Shown in pieces: positions 36,844-47,275 of a stretch of DNA of 64,000 nucleotides (position 1 is the stretch's first letter; each line of letters opens with the position of its first letter). The stretch is from an uncultured Bdellovibrionales bacterium (GTDB taxonomy: Bacteria > Patescibacteriota > Minisyncoccia > Moranbacterales > UBA1568): the NCBI GenBank assembly GCA_964612055.1, contig CAZTBI010000001.1:5688-69687 (forward strand). The letters run 5' to 3'. Under the pieces are notes generated by a model. The model saw nothing but the letters and a program-made list of their open reading frames with translations, ran no database searches and was not told the origin of the DNA. The position numbers and the translations under genes were made by a program.

Positions 36844-36902
36844 GTTCAATCTCTCCCTCTCCGCAGTAGTAAAAAGGAATCATCTTGCGTGGTTCCTTTT
36901 TT
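36844..36902 (+). repeat. direct duplicate of tRNA-Ser(GCT) 3' end plus terminator
   Basis: GTTCAATCTCTCCCTCTCCGCA + hairpin + T-run parallels 36671-36735 with about 80% identity. Confidence 0.7.
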
Positions 36903-36960
36903 GCTTCTACCATAGACTTATAGTGACCGTGGGATTCTAGGGACTATTTTTTCAAACTTT

Positions 36961-37365
36961 ATGACTACGGGTTATTCGGGCACACCGCTGAAACAAAAAC
37001 TGGGTATGAAGGAGGGGATGAAAATCGCCCTGGTTCATCAACCGAAGAATTACGCGGCTTTACTCGATGGGCTACCGGAGGGTGTGCGACCGGGTCGTAA
37101 AGATATTGATTTTGTTCATATCTTTTCAAAAGACGAGCGCAGTCTCAGGCAGGATATCGAGCGGTACAAGGATCTCATCCGCAAAAATGGCATCATCTGG
37201 ATTTCTTGGCCAAAAAAATCTGCCAAAGTCGAAACGGATATTACGGAACAGACTATCCGAGACATCGCTCTGCCTCTAGGGCTGGTTGATATCAAAGTAT
37301 GCGCTGTTGATGAGATATGGTCTGGTTTGAAGCTTATGTGGCGAAAAGAATTGAGAGGGCTATGA
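36961..37365 (+). CDS. DUF3052-like hypothetical protein
   Basis: YSGTPL..KLG N-terminal pattern. Confidence 0.4.
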   Translation: MTTGYSGTPLKQKLGMKEGMKIALVHQPKNYAALLDGLPEGVRPGRKDIDFVHIFSKDERSLRQDIERYKDLIRKNGIIWISWPKKSAKVETDITEQTIRDIALPLGLVDIKVCAVDEIWSGLKLMWRKELRGL

Positions 37366-37374
37366 TGAGCATCT

Positions 37375-38490
37375 TTAATCAAAAGAAAAGAAGCGTTTGA
37401 TTTTTGCAAACACTGCCCCAATACTTTCTTTTACATGATCAGTCTTGCTTTTGACGTCGTTGCTAGATCCTGTTTCCGTGTCTGAAACTCTTTTTTTATT
37501 ATCAGCACTTGCAGTATCTTTCTTTGGATTACTCGTAGTGAGTTCGGTCATATTTCGACTTTCCTGGCACTCAGGAGCCAGAGTTTCTCTGCAGGAGAGG
37601 GATAAATCAATAAAGCGTGTGACGTGGTCGAAAACAGTGAGCCCGGTCTCCTTCACCTTCCAGTTGTATACTCCATCACCAGCGAGGCCGTGACCAGAAC
37701 CAATAGCCGTTATTCTCTGGTAAGGGATATTGACGGCGGTTGCTTGGCTTACCAATCGATCCGACATTTCATAGGGTACGGTGGTGTCAGTTGTTCCATG
37801 AATGATGAGAACGTTGGCATCACCACGACTCATGTGCTGCTTGTTCCCTGGTATACCACCCGATATTTCAATGATACCGATCGGGTTTTCCTTTTTGTTG
37901 AAGACATAGTCAGCAAGATAGGCCATGTTGATAGCCGTGAAAGCACCAGCTGAACCGCCCTGGATAAACCAGCGGGTGTCAATTTTCCCTGCAAACTGTT
38001 TCTGTACAAATTCCTTGGCTTTGATGGTATCTTCCAGAGCGACCAGTGCGCCATACGTCTGTTCCGGTCTCCCGCCTTCCTCTGTGAATTCGGTGACGAA
38101 TGCCTGTGCTGCATCTTCGCTCAATGACTCGATTACGGGTTTTTTGTTTTTCTCTACAAGTCGATAATCTATAGCAAAGACAGCGTAACCTGCCTCTGCA
38201 AAGCGAATCTTGTTTTCCACGCCGGACGATCTGCTTCCATGAAGAAAGCCTCCTCCGTGAATCTGACCTATAGGAATAGGGAGCTTATCGGAGCCGTTTT
38301 TACAGTTTGTTGGTAAGTAGGCGTCTAAGTACAAAGGTACTGTTGTAGTATTGTTTCCCTCTTGAATAACCCCATCACCATACTTGATGTCTTTTGTAAT
38401 GGTGTAAGAGCATTCGTCGCTCGCATGAGCGGCTCTCAAGGGAAGGAGTGCTGCGATAATAAGAAGAAAAAAGACCTTTTTCATACACAA
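37375..38490 (-). CDS. secreted alpha/beta hydrolase (carboxylesterase/lipase)
   Basis: signal peptide; HGGGF oxyanion hole; GGSAGA nucleophile elbow. Confidence 0.7.
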   Translation of the reverse strand: MCMKKVFFLLIIAALLPLRAAHASDECSYTITKDIKYGDGVIQEGNNTTTVPLYLDAYLPTNCKNGSDKLPIPIGQIHGGGFLHGSRSSGVENKIRFAEAGYAVFAIDYRLVEKNKKPVIESLSEDAAQAFVTEFTEEGGRPEQTYGALVALEDTIKAKEFVQKQFAGKIDTRWFIQGGSAGAFTAINMAYLADYVFNKKENPIGIIEISGGIPGNKQHMSRGDANVLIIHGTTDTTVPYEMSDRLVSQATAVNIPYQRITAIGSGHGLAGDGVYNWKVKETGLTVFDHVTRFIDLSLSCRETLAPECQESRNMTELTTSNPKKDTASADNKKRVSDTETGSSNDVKSKTDHVKESIGAVFAKIKRFFSFD

Positions 38491-38543
38491 ATTATATAAA
38501 ATTTAGTTCTCCTATAGAAAACGACGGAGATCGGTTTTTGTGA

Positions 38544-39293
38544 CTAGCGGGCCAAAACAATGCCAAAAACAGCCTTGGCACCATGTCTCTTAAGAAGGGT
38601 AGCACACTCTTCGAGGGTCGTGCCAGTGGTGGCGACGTCATCGATGAGCCACAGGTATTTTCCTCGAATGAGGGCTTCTTTTCCTGCTGCGAGAGCAAAG
38701 GCGCCTTTCAGATTCATCAGACGTTCTTCACGAGAGGTTGTTTTCATTTGTGGCTTGGTGTAACGAATGCGTAGGAGAATATCATTGGAGAGCGGAATTT
38801 CTAGACCCGGCGTCAGACCTAAGGAGAGTTCTCGAGCGATCAGTTCAGATTGGTTGAAACCACGGAAACGTAAGCGTTTTTTATGGAGCGGAACAGGAAT
38901 GAGCAAGTCGGGGAGTCGCAGAGGACTTTTCTCCAGAGCGTTCTTCAGGATATTTCCGAATGGAACCGAGAGGTGAGGGATAAAACGGTACTTGTACGTG
39001 TGGAGGGCATGCGCAAAGAGCGGTTCCTTGTAGTAGGAAGCGACGAAGATGCCATCGAGCGCTGGTTTCCTTTTGTCACGACAAGCAAAACAAACCTCTC
39101 CAGTGGGAGTGATATGCCGGAGGCAGACAGGACAGTACTGCTCGGTTCGAAGCATGATTCGGTGTTCGCAGACGCTACATATCCAGGCGCCTTTGGTACG
39201 GCAACCCAAGCAACGGAGCGGAAAGAGGGTATCGAGAATCTGTTTCTCGACCCCTTGGAGAAAAGAGGAAAATGTTTCGTGATTTAGGCGCAC
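38544..39293 (-). CDS. comF: ComF family protein (PRTase domain with Zn-finger)
   Basis: CxxC...CxxC N-terminus and LIDDVATTGTT PRPP motif; GTG start. Confidence 0.75.
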   Translation of the reverse strand: MRLNHETFSSFLQGVEKQILDTLFPLRCLGCRTKGAWICSVCEHRIMLRTEQYCPVCLRHITPTGEVCFACRDKRKPALDGIFVASYYKEPLFAHALHTYKYRFIPHLSVPFGNILKNALEKSPLRLPDLLIPVPLHKKRLRFRGFNQSELIARELSLGLTPGLEIPLSNDILLRIRYTKPQMKTTSREERLMNLKGAFALAAGKEALIRGKYLWLIDDVATTGTTLEECATLLKRHGAKAVFGIVLAR

Positions 39294-41764
39294 AAAACGG
39301 TATCACCTTTGAGAGAGAGACGGAGAGACTTCTTTTTCGGGAGAGTGAGGAGCTTCTTGGCGATTGGTTTTTCGACAAGGTCCTGAACATTTTTTCGTAC
39401 CAAGCGAGCGCCTTGTTCTGGGGCAAAGCTTTTCTTTCCGATGAAGGAGGGGATATTTTTTCCGTAAGTGAGGGCGATACCTTTCTCTTTGAGTCTTTTC
39501 TTCAAAGTATCGAGTTCGAGGGTGGCAATATGCTCGATAGCTGTGGCAGAGAGAGGATTGAAGACGATCACTTGGTCGAGTCGAGCCAGGAGTTCTGGGC
39601 GGATTTCTTTCTTCAATTCTCCCAAGACTTCACGTTTGATATTTTCAAATTGTTCGCTCATATTTTTCTTCCCCAGTTCTTTCTCGAAGCCGATGCGGGC
39701 TTCTCTGGTGAAAGCGGCGGTACCGATGTTTGAGGTGAGAATGATAAGCGTGTTTTTGAAGCTGACACTGCGCCCTTCGGCGTCAGTCAGCGTGCCTTCA
39801 TCCAAGATTTGTAGGAGAATATTCCAGACATCGGGGTGTGCTTTCTCAATTTCATCAAAGAGAACGACGCTATAGGGTTTGCGGCGGATGATTTCGGTCA
39901 ACTTGCCACCTTCACCATGGCCGACATAGCCTGCTGGAGCGCCCAAGATCTGGGCGACACTGTGGCGCTCCATGAATTCACTCATATCGAGACGAACGAG
40001 TGCTTGTTTACTTCCGAAAAACTCTTCGGCCAGCAGTTTCCCGATGAAGGTCTTGCCGACGCCGGTCGGTCCGAGGAAGAGGAAAGAGCCTAAGGGGCGA
40101 TCAGGGTCCCCGATATTACTGACCGAGCGGATCAGCGTCTCTTCGAGTGCGGTAGCGGCCTCTTGTTGTCCGACTAAGCGCTTTTCGAAGGCTTCATGGA
40201 GTCGGGTTAGTTTTTCCCCTGGATTTTCTGCCGAGAGTTTCTCAAAAGGAATGCCCGTCATGTGGGAAATGGTGCGGTAGATATGCTCCTCAGTCACTAC
40301 CTTGGTATCGAGGAGTGATTCTTCGTGATGCTTCTTTTTCAGCTGGGCGATCTTTTTCTCAAGCTCCTTTTCTCGAGCGTACCATTTGGCGGCATCATCG
40401 TAATTCTCGTGCTTCGTCAAGGATTCTTTCAGTGAGACACTCGCGCGGAGCTCTTCTTCGAGTTGGAAGAGAGCGGTAGCAAAGGGTGACTTATTTTTGC
40501 CTTGTTTCGCCAGAGCCGAGGCTTCATCGATGATATCAAAGGCTTTGTCAGGAAAGAAGCGGTCAGGAATGTGACGGAGAGAAAGGTCAACAGCGAGATC
40601 GATGATGGTGCCTGAGAGCGTGACATTGTGGAAGGTTTCGTAGCTTGCTTTGACCTGAGAGAGAATATGCTTGGTTTCTTCGAGGGTTGGTTCGGCAACG
40701 AGGAGCGACTGGAAACGTCGATCAAGGGCCGGATCCTTCTCTATGTGGCGTTTGTACTCGGAAAGGGTGGTGGCACCAATACACTGGATATCGCCACGGG
40801 AGAGGGCTGGTTTCAGGATATTGGCTGCATCCAGACCGCCGCTCGTGTTGCCTGCGCCGACGATCGTGTGAATTTCATCAATAAAGAGGATGACATCGGT
40901 ATTTTGTGTGGCTTCTTTGATGATTTCCTTCAGGCGAGCTTCGAATTCGCCACGGAAATTGGTGCCAGCAACAACCAGAGTAAGATCAAGTGACAAAATG
41001 CGCTTCCCAAAAAGGGTATGTGGGACATCGCCACGGGAAATTTTCTTGGCCAGCGCCGCTACCAGGGCCGTCTTGCCGACACCAGGCTCACCAATCAAAA
41101 GCGGATTGTTCTTATTTTTTCTGGTCAGTATTTGTACCATGCGGTCGAGCTCGGCCTTGCGTCCGACAAGAACATTTTCTTTGACAGAAGCATCTTTTCC
41201 CATATCGAGGGTAAATTGATCGAGCGAAGGCGTCGCTTTGCCGCCTTTTTTAGGATTTTCTTCAGTCAGGATATCTGGTGCGTCGAACATTTTGGAAAGT
41301 TGTGGAAAATGATCAAAGTTGAGGTGAGCTTCGATAACAGACTGAATCTTCTTTTCTTTGATTTTGAGTGCCAAGAGAATGTCATCGAGTCGATCACTCC
41401 TCATTTCGAGGAGGGCATAGACGAGATGTTCGGTGCCGACGTAAGGATAGTGGAATTCACTGGCGAGGGAGTAGGCGCGGCGTAAACTGTCCTTCAAAAG
41501 GGGTGAGAGGGGAAGAGGGTGAGTTTTTGGGAGAATCTTGCCGCCGACTTTTTTCTTGAGACACGATTTGGCGAGGGTTTCTTTTTCAAAACCAATATTT
41601 TCGAGCAAAATACTCCCGAGACTGCCATTTTCGAGGAAAATAGCGAGGAGCAAGTGCTCAGGCTCGATGGTAGTGTGCCGAGTATAGTGAGCAATTTCAC
41701 GAGCCTCTTTCAGGCTATGACGGGCGTGGAGGGTCAATTTCTGGCTAAAAGTAGTTTCGAGCAT
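39284..41764 (-). CDS. Clp/Hsp100 AAA+ chaperone (ClpC/ClpB-like)
   Basis: Clp_N repeats and two AAA modules (GEPGVGKT and GPTGVGKT Walker A). Confidence 0.85.
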   Translation of the reverse strand: MLETTFSQKLTLHARHSLKEAREIAHYTRHTTIEPEHLLLAIFLENGSLGSILLENIGFEKETLAKSCLKKKVGGKILPKTHPLPLSPLLKDSLRRAYSLASEFHYPYVGTEHLVYALLEMRSDRLDDILLALKIKEKKIQSVIEAHLNFDHFPQLSKMFDAPDILTEENPKKGGKATPSLDQFTLDMGKDASVKENVLVGRKAELDRMVQILTRKNKNNPLLIGEPGVGKTALVAALAKKISRGDVPHTLFGKRILSLDLTLVVAGTNFRGEFEARLKEIIKEATQNTDVILFIDEIHTIVGAGNTSGGLDAANILKPALSRGDIQCIGATTLSEYKRHIEKDPALDRRFQSLLVAEPTLEETKHILSQVKASYETFHNVTLSGTIIDLAVDLSLRHIPDRFFPDKAFDIIDEASALAKQGKNKSPFATALFQLEEELRASVSLKESLTKHENYDDAAKWYAREKELEKKIAQLKKKHHEESLLDTKVVTEEHIYRTISHMTGIPFEKLSAENPGEKLTRLHEAFEKRLVGQQEAATALEETLIRSVSNIGDPDRPLGSFLFLGPTGVGKTFIGKLLAEEFFGSKQALVRLDMSEFMERHSVAQILGAPAGYVGHGEGGKLTEIIRRKPYSVVLFDEIEKAHPDVWNILLQILDEGTLTDAEGRSVSFKNTLIILTSNIGTAAFTREARIGFEKELGKKNMSEQFENIKREVLGELKKEIRPELLARLDQVIVFNPLSATAIEHIATLELDTLKKRLKEKGIALTYGKNIPSFIGKKSFAPEQGARLVRKNVQDLVEKPIAKKLLTLPKKKSLRLSLKGDTVLCA

Positions 41765-41927
41765 ACAGGATTTCAGGTGGGTAATCTATGCTTCATTCTA
41801 TGGTTTTTTTCTATGTACTGTCAATCATGCTTTTCCGTGTATATTGATGCCGTATTTTTTTGAAAAAATGGCGAAGGCATGCTATACTTCGTAGGAAGAA
41901 AGATAAACAAAATACAAACACACAAGA

Positions 41928-43046
41928 ATGTTTCTTGGTCTACGAAAACCTTATTTTCTGGGCGTTGATTTCGGTACTGCTTCGATCAAAGTTGTTGAGT
42001 TGACCCTTGAGAATGGAAAACCGAAGCTTACGAACTACGGTCAGGCTGATTTGATGAAGCTGGAAAAGGATCGCACCCCAGGCGTTGGTCTCGGTGGTGA
42101 TGATTCGGTAGTCTATCTGCGGGCGCTTCTCGAGCAGTTACATCCAAAGAGCCAGTCAGCCTACGTTGCTATGCCGGCTTTTATTGGTCTGGTCTCTCTG
42201 ATCGAGCTTCCGGAGATGGATGAGTCTGATCTCGGTGATGCTATCAAGTTTGAAGCCCACAAATATATCCCGTCTCCGCTCGAAGAGGTGGCACTGAGCT
42301 ATGAAGTGGTAGGGATACGTCAAGGGGAAGATGGTTCACAGAAGATGGAGGTGCTTTTGGTTGCAGCGCTCAACAAGGAAGTGGATCGTTACAAACAATG
42401 TATCACTGATGCTCATCTCAAGTTGGAATTTTTGGAACTGGAAACTTTTTCTCTAGCGCGATCCCTGGTTCAGAAACAAGAAGGCTTGTATTTGATAGCT
42501 GATATCGGTTCTCGGGCTACTAATCTCATTTTGGTTGATAACGGTTTGGTGAAAGTGAGTCGTAATCTCGATGCGGGCGGGAAGGACATTACTCGCACTC
42601 TTCATGAAAGTCTTAATATTGCTGTAGAGCGAGCGGAGACTTTGAAAAAGAGTGACAAGGACTTTCTTAATGTGCCTGAGTCAGCCATGGTGTTTCCGAC
42701 CTTGGAGATGGTAGCGAGTGAAGCACAGAGGATGCTCGATACTTACCTCGCGAAATATCCAGAAAAAGAGTGCCAGGAGATGATCCTTTCTGGCGGTACG
42801 GCTCATATGGCTGGTTTGGTGGAGTACTACAAGCGGGTGCTTGGCCTCTCGGTGCGTGTTGGTGACCCGTGGCAAGGAATACAGCACGATGCCAATCGAG
42901 CGGAGGATATCAAGCAACTCGGGACTTCATTTTCTGTGGCGATTGGTCTGGCACTCGCTGGCACCGAGGCTATCACCAAAAAAGAGAAGCCCATTACTTC
43001 GAAAAAGTCTTTTTCCCTGAAAGAGCTGCTCAATAAAAAACTTTAA
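41928..43046 (+). CDS. pilM: type IV pilus assembly ATPase-like protein PilM
   Basis: actin-like fold; FLGVDFGTASIKVVEL. Confidence 0.8.
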   Translation: MFLGLRKPYFLGVDFGTASIKVVELTLENGKPKLTNYGQADLMKLEKDRTPGVGLGGDDSVVYLRALLEQLHPKSQSAYVAMPAFIGLVSLIELPEMDESDLGDAIKFEAHKYIPSPLEEVALSYEVVGIRQGEDGSQKMEVLLVAALNKEVDRYKQCITDAHLKLEFLELETFSLARSLVQKQEGLYLIADIGSRATNLILVDNGLVKVSRNLDAGGKDITRTLHESLNIAVERAETLKKSDKDFLNVPESAMVFPTLEMVASEAQRMLDTYLAKYPEKECQEMILSGGTAHMAGLVEYYKRVLGLSVRVGDPWQGIQHDANRAEDIKQLGTSFSVAIGLALAGTEAITKKEKPITSKKSFSLKELLNKKL

Positions 43047-43063
43047 CCCTTTAAAACAAAAAC

Positions 43064-43597
43064 ATGGCTGGTGTTAATCTCTCACAATCGATGACGGCTC
43101 CGGAGGGAAGATTGAAGAAAAGCGCTTCAATGTCCTTTGGTTTTCCTATCAGTATTGTCTTATTCGTGCTGACGCTCCTCGGTTGGGGAGGATTGCGTTG
43201 GTACATGTCGAGTCTCGATGGCAAGATCGCCCGTCTTGATGTCGAAATTGCTGCCAATAGCGCTGAGTTTCATAGTGAACGTGTGGAGCGAGTCGAAAAT
43301 TTCGATGACCGGCTTTCTCTCTTGAATGTTGACCCAGCGGAATCGATTGATCCGGAAAGTATTTTTCTTAAACTTGAAAGTGTCATGGTGCCTCAGGTGG
43401 TTTTGACGGAATATGAATACAATGGCGGGGAGAAACAAGTGACCGTGTCTGGAAAGACGGATAATTTCCGCTATGTTGCTGAGCAGATCATCAGTCTCAA
43501 GTCGGATCCGATGTTTTCTCAGGTTGTCGTGAGTGCTATTTCCCGGGACAAAGATGGGAAAATAACATTCACACTCGTCTCTCAATTTTTAAATTAA
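43064..43597 (+). CDS. PilN-like pilus assembly protein
   Basis: single N-terminal TM plus coiled-coil; position after pilM. Confidence 0.55.
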   Translation: MAGVNLSQSMTAPEGRLKKSASMSFGFPISIVLFVLTLLGWGGLRWYMSSLDGKIARLDVEIAANSAEFHSERVERVENFDDRLSLLNVDPAESIDPESIFLKLESVMVPQVVLTEYEYNGGEKQVTVSGKTDNFRYVAEQIISLKSDPMFSQVVVSAISRDKDGKITFTLVSQFLN

Positions 43598-43613
43598 AAG
43601 AAGTTCTTTTCCT

Positions 43614-44357
43614 ATGAGCCTGAAAATTTTGATGATTCCATTTTCGATTCTCATGATACTGGTGCTCGGTATCGGTTTTATCAAGCCGGATTTTAGCTTG
43701 ATGCAGGAGAAAAAAGTTATCTATGCGACCAAATTGCAGCAGCAGCAGAATGCTCAGATGCTGCTCGATAACATCGGAGCCCTCACGAGTTCTGTGGAAA
43801 GTCAGAAAGAAGCGGAGAAGTTTTTGGAGGACTATGTGCCAAAGGATCTCGACCAAGACAGAGTGATTGATATGCTCAACTTTTTGGCTGGTCAATCTGG
43901 GGTCGTAGCGGATGGTATCGCGCTCGAAAAAGCGGAGAAGGAGGAGGTTGTTGACGAGTCAATGCTTCTCGATGAGGCGGGGGTGCCAATCGTTCCTCCG
44001 TACACGGTCAAGACCGGCACTTATTCGGCGAAAGTGACCGTCAGGGGGCATTATGAAAATATCAAGGAGTTTTTTGGTCGCGTGGCTCATATGAATCGAT
44101 TGCACAAAACGCGAGATTTCTCTATCAATACTTCAGAAAAGAGTGAAGAGACTGCTGATGCGAGTATCTTGGAGGGGAGTTTTCGGGCAGATTTTGACTA
44201 TCTCGCACCGCGGCCAGTAGAAAGCGCGCTTAATGTGCCGGTCTTCAGTCGTGGCACATTTGATACCAATCCTTTGGGCGTTGTCTCTCAATGGGTGACC
44301 AATACGGTGCCGCTGCTTGAAAAACCAGGTACCGGCCGAGCCAATCCTTTTCAGTGA
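43614..44357 (+). CDS. PilO-like pilus assembly protein
   Basis: single TM plus coiled-coil; synteny. Confidence 0.5.
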   Translation: MSLKILMIPFSILMILVLGIGFIKPDFSLMQEKKVIYATKLQQQQNAQMLLDNIGALTSSVESQKEAEKFLEDYVPKDLDQDRVIDMLNFLAGQSGVVADGIALEKAEKEEVVDESMLLDEAGVPIVPPYTVKTGTYSAKVTVRGHYENIKEFFGRVAHMNRLHKTRDFSINTSEKSEETADASILEGSFRADFDYLAPRPVESALNVPVFSRGTFDTNPLGVVSQWVTNTVPLLEKPGTGRANPFQ

Positions 44358-44407
44358 GAGGGCACGTGATGGGTAGATGTTGATTCTCTCTATATCTTGT
44401 TTCTCTC

Positions 44408-46072
44408 TTGGGCAATATGGCAGACCAGAAAGTGACGGTAAAAAATACGAGTGATATTGAGGCTCAGGCCAAGGCTCTGGGGCTGCCGTTTTTGGAAGTG
44501 GTTCCCGAGAAAATCGACAAAACTATCCTGTCTATTATTCCTGAAGATGCTGCCAAGAAATATCACATGGCGGTCTTCCAAAGGGAGGGCGAGAGTTTGT
44601 CGGTAGCTATGGTGAATCCCCAGGACTTTGAGGCGCTGAACGTACTTCGTTTTCTGGCTGAAAAAGAGCGTTTGGATATTCAGGTGTTTCTGGTTTCCGA
44701 CAAAGTTTTTGACGAAATACTAAAAGCCTATGCTGGAACTGATCGGGCTTTGAATGAAGCTATTCTGTCCCTGAAAAAAGATGACCTGGTGATTTCCGAA
44801 AGAGAGAGTGAGGTGAAGAAGGCGTCTGAAGAAGCTGATGTCTTTCAGGATGCGCCGATAGCCAAATTGGTAGAAGTCGTTGTGAAGCACGCTCTCGATA
44901 CCCGGGCCAGCGATATCCATATTGAACCGATAGATGGTAATTACCGGGTGCGCTTTCGGGTCGATGGTTTGCTTCGTGCTGACCTGGTCTTTCCACGAGA
45001 TGTCGGACGGGCAGTTATTTCTCGTATCAAGATTCTTTCTAATCTGAAAATTGACGAAAATCGTAAACCACAGGACGGACGTTTCCGTTTTGAGACCAAG
45101 GATAGTTTCATTGACTTACGTGTTTCGAGCTTGCCGGTCATGGAGGGGGAAAAAGTCGTTATGCGTGTGCTCGAAAAAAATTCTGACGTCAGTGACTTAG
45201 AAAAACTCGGTCTCTGGGGACGGAATCGCTCGGTTCTCGAGAAAAAGATTCGCGAACCTTTTGGTATCATCTTGATTACCGGGCCGACGGGCTCTGGAAA
45301 GTCGACATCGCTCTACGCCTTTCTTCAGATTTTGAATAAAGAGGATCGAAATATCATTACCCTCGAAGACCCGGTAGAGTATTATATGGACGGTATCAAC
45401 CAGAGTCAGGTGCGTCCAGAGATTGGCTATACCTTTGCGGCGGGACTGCGCTCCGTCTTGCGTCAGGATCCAAACGTCATCATGGTGGGTGAAATCCGCG
45501 ATGGTGAGACGGCGGAACTAGCTATTCACGCGGCTCTTACGGGACACTTGGTACTCTCGACCCTTCACACCAATGACGCTATCGGAGCTATTCCTCGGCT
45601 GGTTGATATGGGCATTGAGCCGTTTCTTCTTTCTTCATCGCTTCAGGCCGTGGCGGCACAGCGTTTGGTGCGTCGTATCTGTGATGCTTGCAAAGAAGAC
45701 TTTTCGGTGACCGAAATACAGATGGGAAGAATCAAAACGCTTTTTCAGACCATTCCAAAAGTAGAGGTCGAGGCGTATGGGCTGGATGAGAATATGAAGC
45801 TCACCTTTTTCCATGGCAAGGGATGTGATAAGTGTGGCATGACCGGATATAAAGGGAGAATCGCTCTGTATGAAACGATCGAAATTGATGACGCCTTTCA
45901 CGACATCATCGCGGATCAGAAAGGAAATGAAGGGGCAGTTGGAAAAGCGGCGATAGCTCAGGGGATGCTGTTTATGAAACAGGATGGTTTACTCAAAGTA
46001 TTGAAAGGAATTACGACACTTTCCGAAGTAGAGCGTGTCACGGAAGGAAAGCTGCTTATCGATGAGGAGTAA
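44408..46072 (+). CDS. pilB: type IV pilus extension ATPase PilB/GspE
   Basis: N-terminal T2SSE_N domain, Walker A GPTGSGKST, Asp/His boxes, C-terminal CxxC...CxxC. Confidence 0.9.
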   Translation: MGNMADQKVTVKNTSDIEAQAKALGLPFLEVVPEKIDKTILSIIPEDAAKKYHMAVFQREGESLSVAMVNPQDFEALNVLRFLAEKERLDIQVFLVSDKVFDEILKAYAGTDRALNEAILSLKKDDLVISERESEVKKASEEADVFQDAPIAKLVEVVVKHALDTRASDIHIEPIDGNYRVRFRVDGLLRADLVFPRDVGRAVISRIKILSNLKIDENRKPQDGRFRFETKDSFIDLRVSSLPVMEGEKVVMRVLEKNSDVSDLEKLGLWGRNRSVLEKKIREPFGIILITGPTGSGKSTSLYAFLQILNKEDRNIITLEDPVEYYMDGINQSQVRPEIGYTFAAGLRSVLRQDPNVIMVGEIRDGETAELAIHAALTGHLVLSTLHTNDAIGAIPRLVDMGIEPFLLSSSLQAVAAQRLVRRICDACKEDFSVTEIQMGRIKTLFQTIPKVEVEAYGLDENMKLTFFHGKGCDKCGMTGYKGRIALYETIEIDDAFHDIIADQKGNEGAVGKAAIAQGMLFMKQDGLLKVLKGITTLSEVERVTEGKLLIDEE

Positions 46073-46162
46073 GAGGGTTTAATCAATAGAGGAAATCTGG
46101 TATTCTGAAGGAGATATCTTCCGAGCGTTCGAAATTCTTCGAACCTTTGGTTTAAAATAAAT

Positions 46163-47242
46163 ATGGAAACATTGCAAGTAGAGCAACGCCTGAAGAATCT
46201 GCTCCTCCTCGTGGGTCAGCAGGGGGCATCTGATCTTCACTTGGTAGTAGGGCGTTACCCGACGCTGCGTATCGATGGCAAGCTTCATCCGATTCTGCAA
46301 GAAAAGATTTTGACGCCGGCTGATACCAAGGCTTTGAGTGATGTTCTTCTGACCAATGAAAAGAAAGAAGAGCTTCTCGCGGTGGGACAAACAGACTTTT
46401 CGTATAATTTTGATGACAAGGCGCGTTTTCGTACGAACGTGTTTTTCCAAAAGGGCTACATCAGTGTCACTATGCGCTTTATCATGGATAAACTGCGCAA
46501 TTTGGAGGAGTTAAACGTCCCTAAGGCACTCTATGACTTTGCTGGGCATTCTCAGGGGCTAGTGCTCGTGACTGGGCCGGTGGGTCATGGGAAGTCGACG
46601 ACCTTGGCGGCTATCATCGACTATATCAATCACAACCAGGAGAAGCACATCGTTACTATCGAGGATCCGATCGAATTTGTGTACAATCAGGATCGCTGTA
46701 TCATCAATCAGCGTGAGATCGGTCGTGATGCCAAGACCTTTCCGGATGCTCTGCGCGCCATCTTTCGTGAAGACGTGAACGTGGTGCTTTTGGGAGAGCT
46801 TCGTGACCTCGAGACGATCAGTACCGCGATGACAGCTGCGGAAACAGGGCATCTCATTTTTGCTACTCTCCATACCAACGACAGTTCTCAGACCATCGAT
46901 CGTATCGTCGATGTTTTCCCAGCGTATCAGCAAAACCAGATTCGCTCTCAACTGGCGAGCGTGCTTCTCGGGGTTATCTCGCAGCGTCTTTTGCCGCAAA
47001 CGAGTGGTGGACGTGTGCCCGCGGTGGAAATCATGATCAAGAACCACGCTATTGAGAACCTTATTCGGGAGAACAAGGATCATCAGCTTGATTCCGTGAT
47101 TGAAACGAGTTTGAAAGAAGGGATGGTGTCTTTGGATCGATCCTTAGCTGACCTGGTGCTCCGTGGCCTGGTATCGGTCAATGATGCCTTTGTTTACGCC
47201 AAGAATCGTGATTATCTCCAGATGCTTCTTTCAAAAAAATAA
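46163..47242 (+). CDS. pilT: twitching-motility retraction ATPase PilT
   Basis: GPVGHGKSTT Walker A; AIRHLIRE-like C-terminal region (AIENLIRE). Confidence 0.9.
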   Translation: METLQVEQRLKNLLLLVGQQGASDLHLVVGRYPTLRIDGKLHPILQEKILTPADTKALSDVLLTNEKKEELLAVGQTDFSYNFDDKARFRTNVFFQKGYISVTMRFIMDKLRNLEELNVPKALYDFAGHSQGLVLVTGPVGHGKSTTLAAIIDYINHNQEKHIVTIEDPIEFVYNQDRCIINQREIGRDAKTFPDALRAIFREDVNVVLLGELRDLETISTAMTAAETGHLIFATLHTNDSSQTIDRIVDVFPAYQQNQIRSQLASVLLGVISQRLLPQTSGGRVPAVEIMIKNHAIENLIRENKDHQLDSVIETSLKEGMVSLDRSLADLVLRGLVSVNDAFVYAKNRDYLQMLLSKK

Positions 47243-47275
47243 AGAGAATATTATCAAAAAGTGAGCTGAATACCT

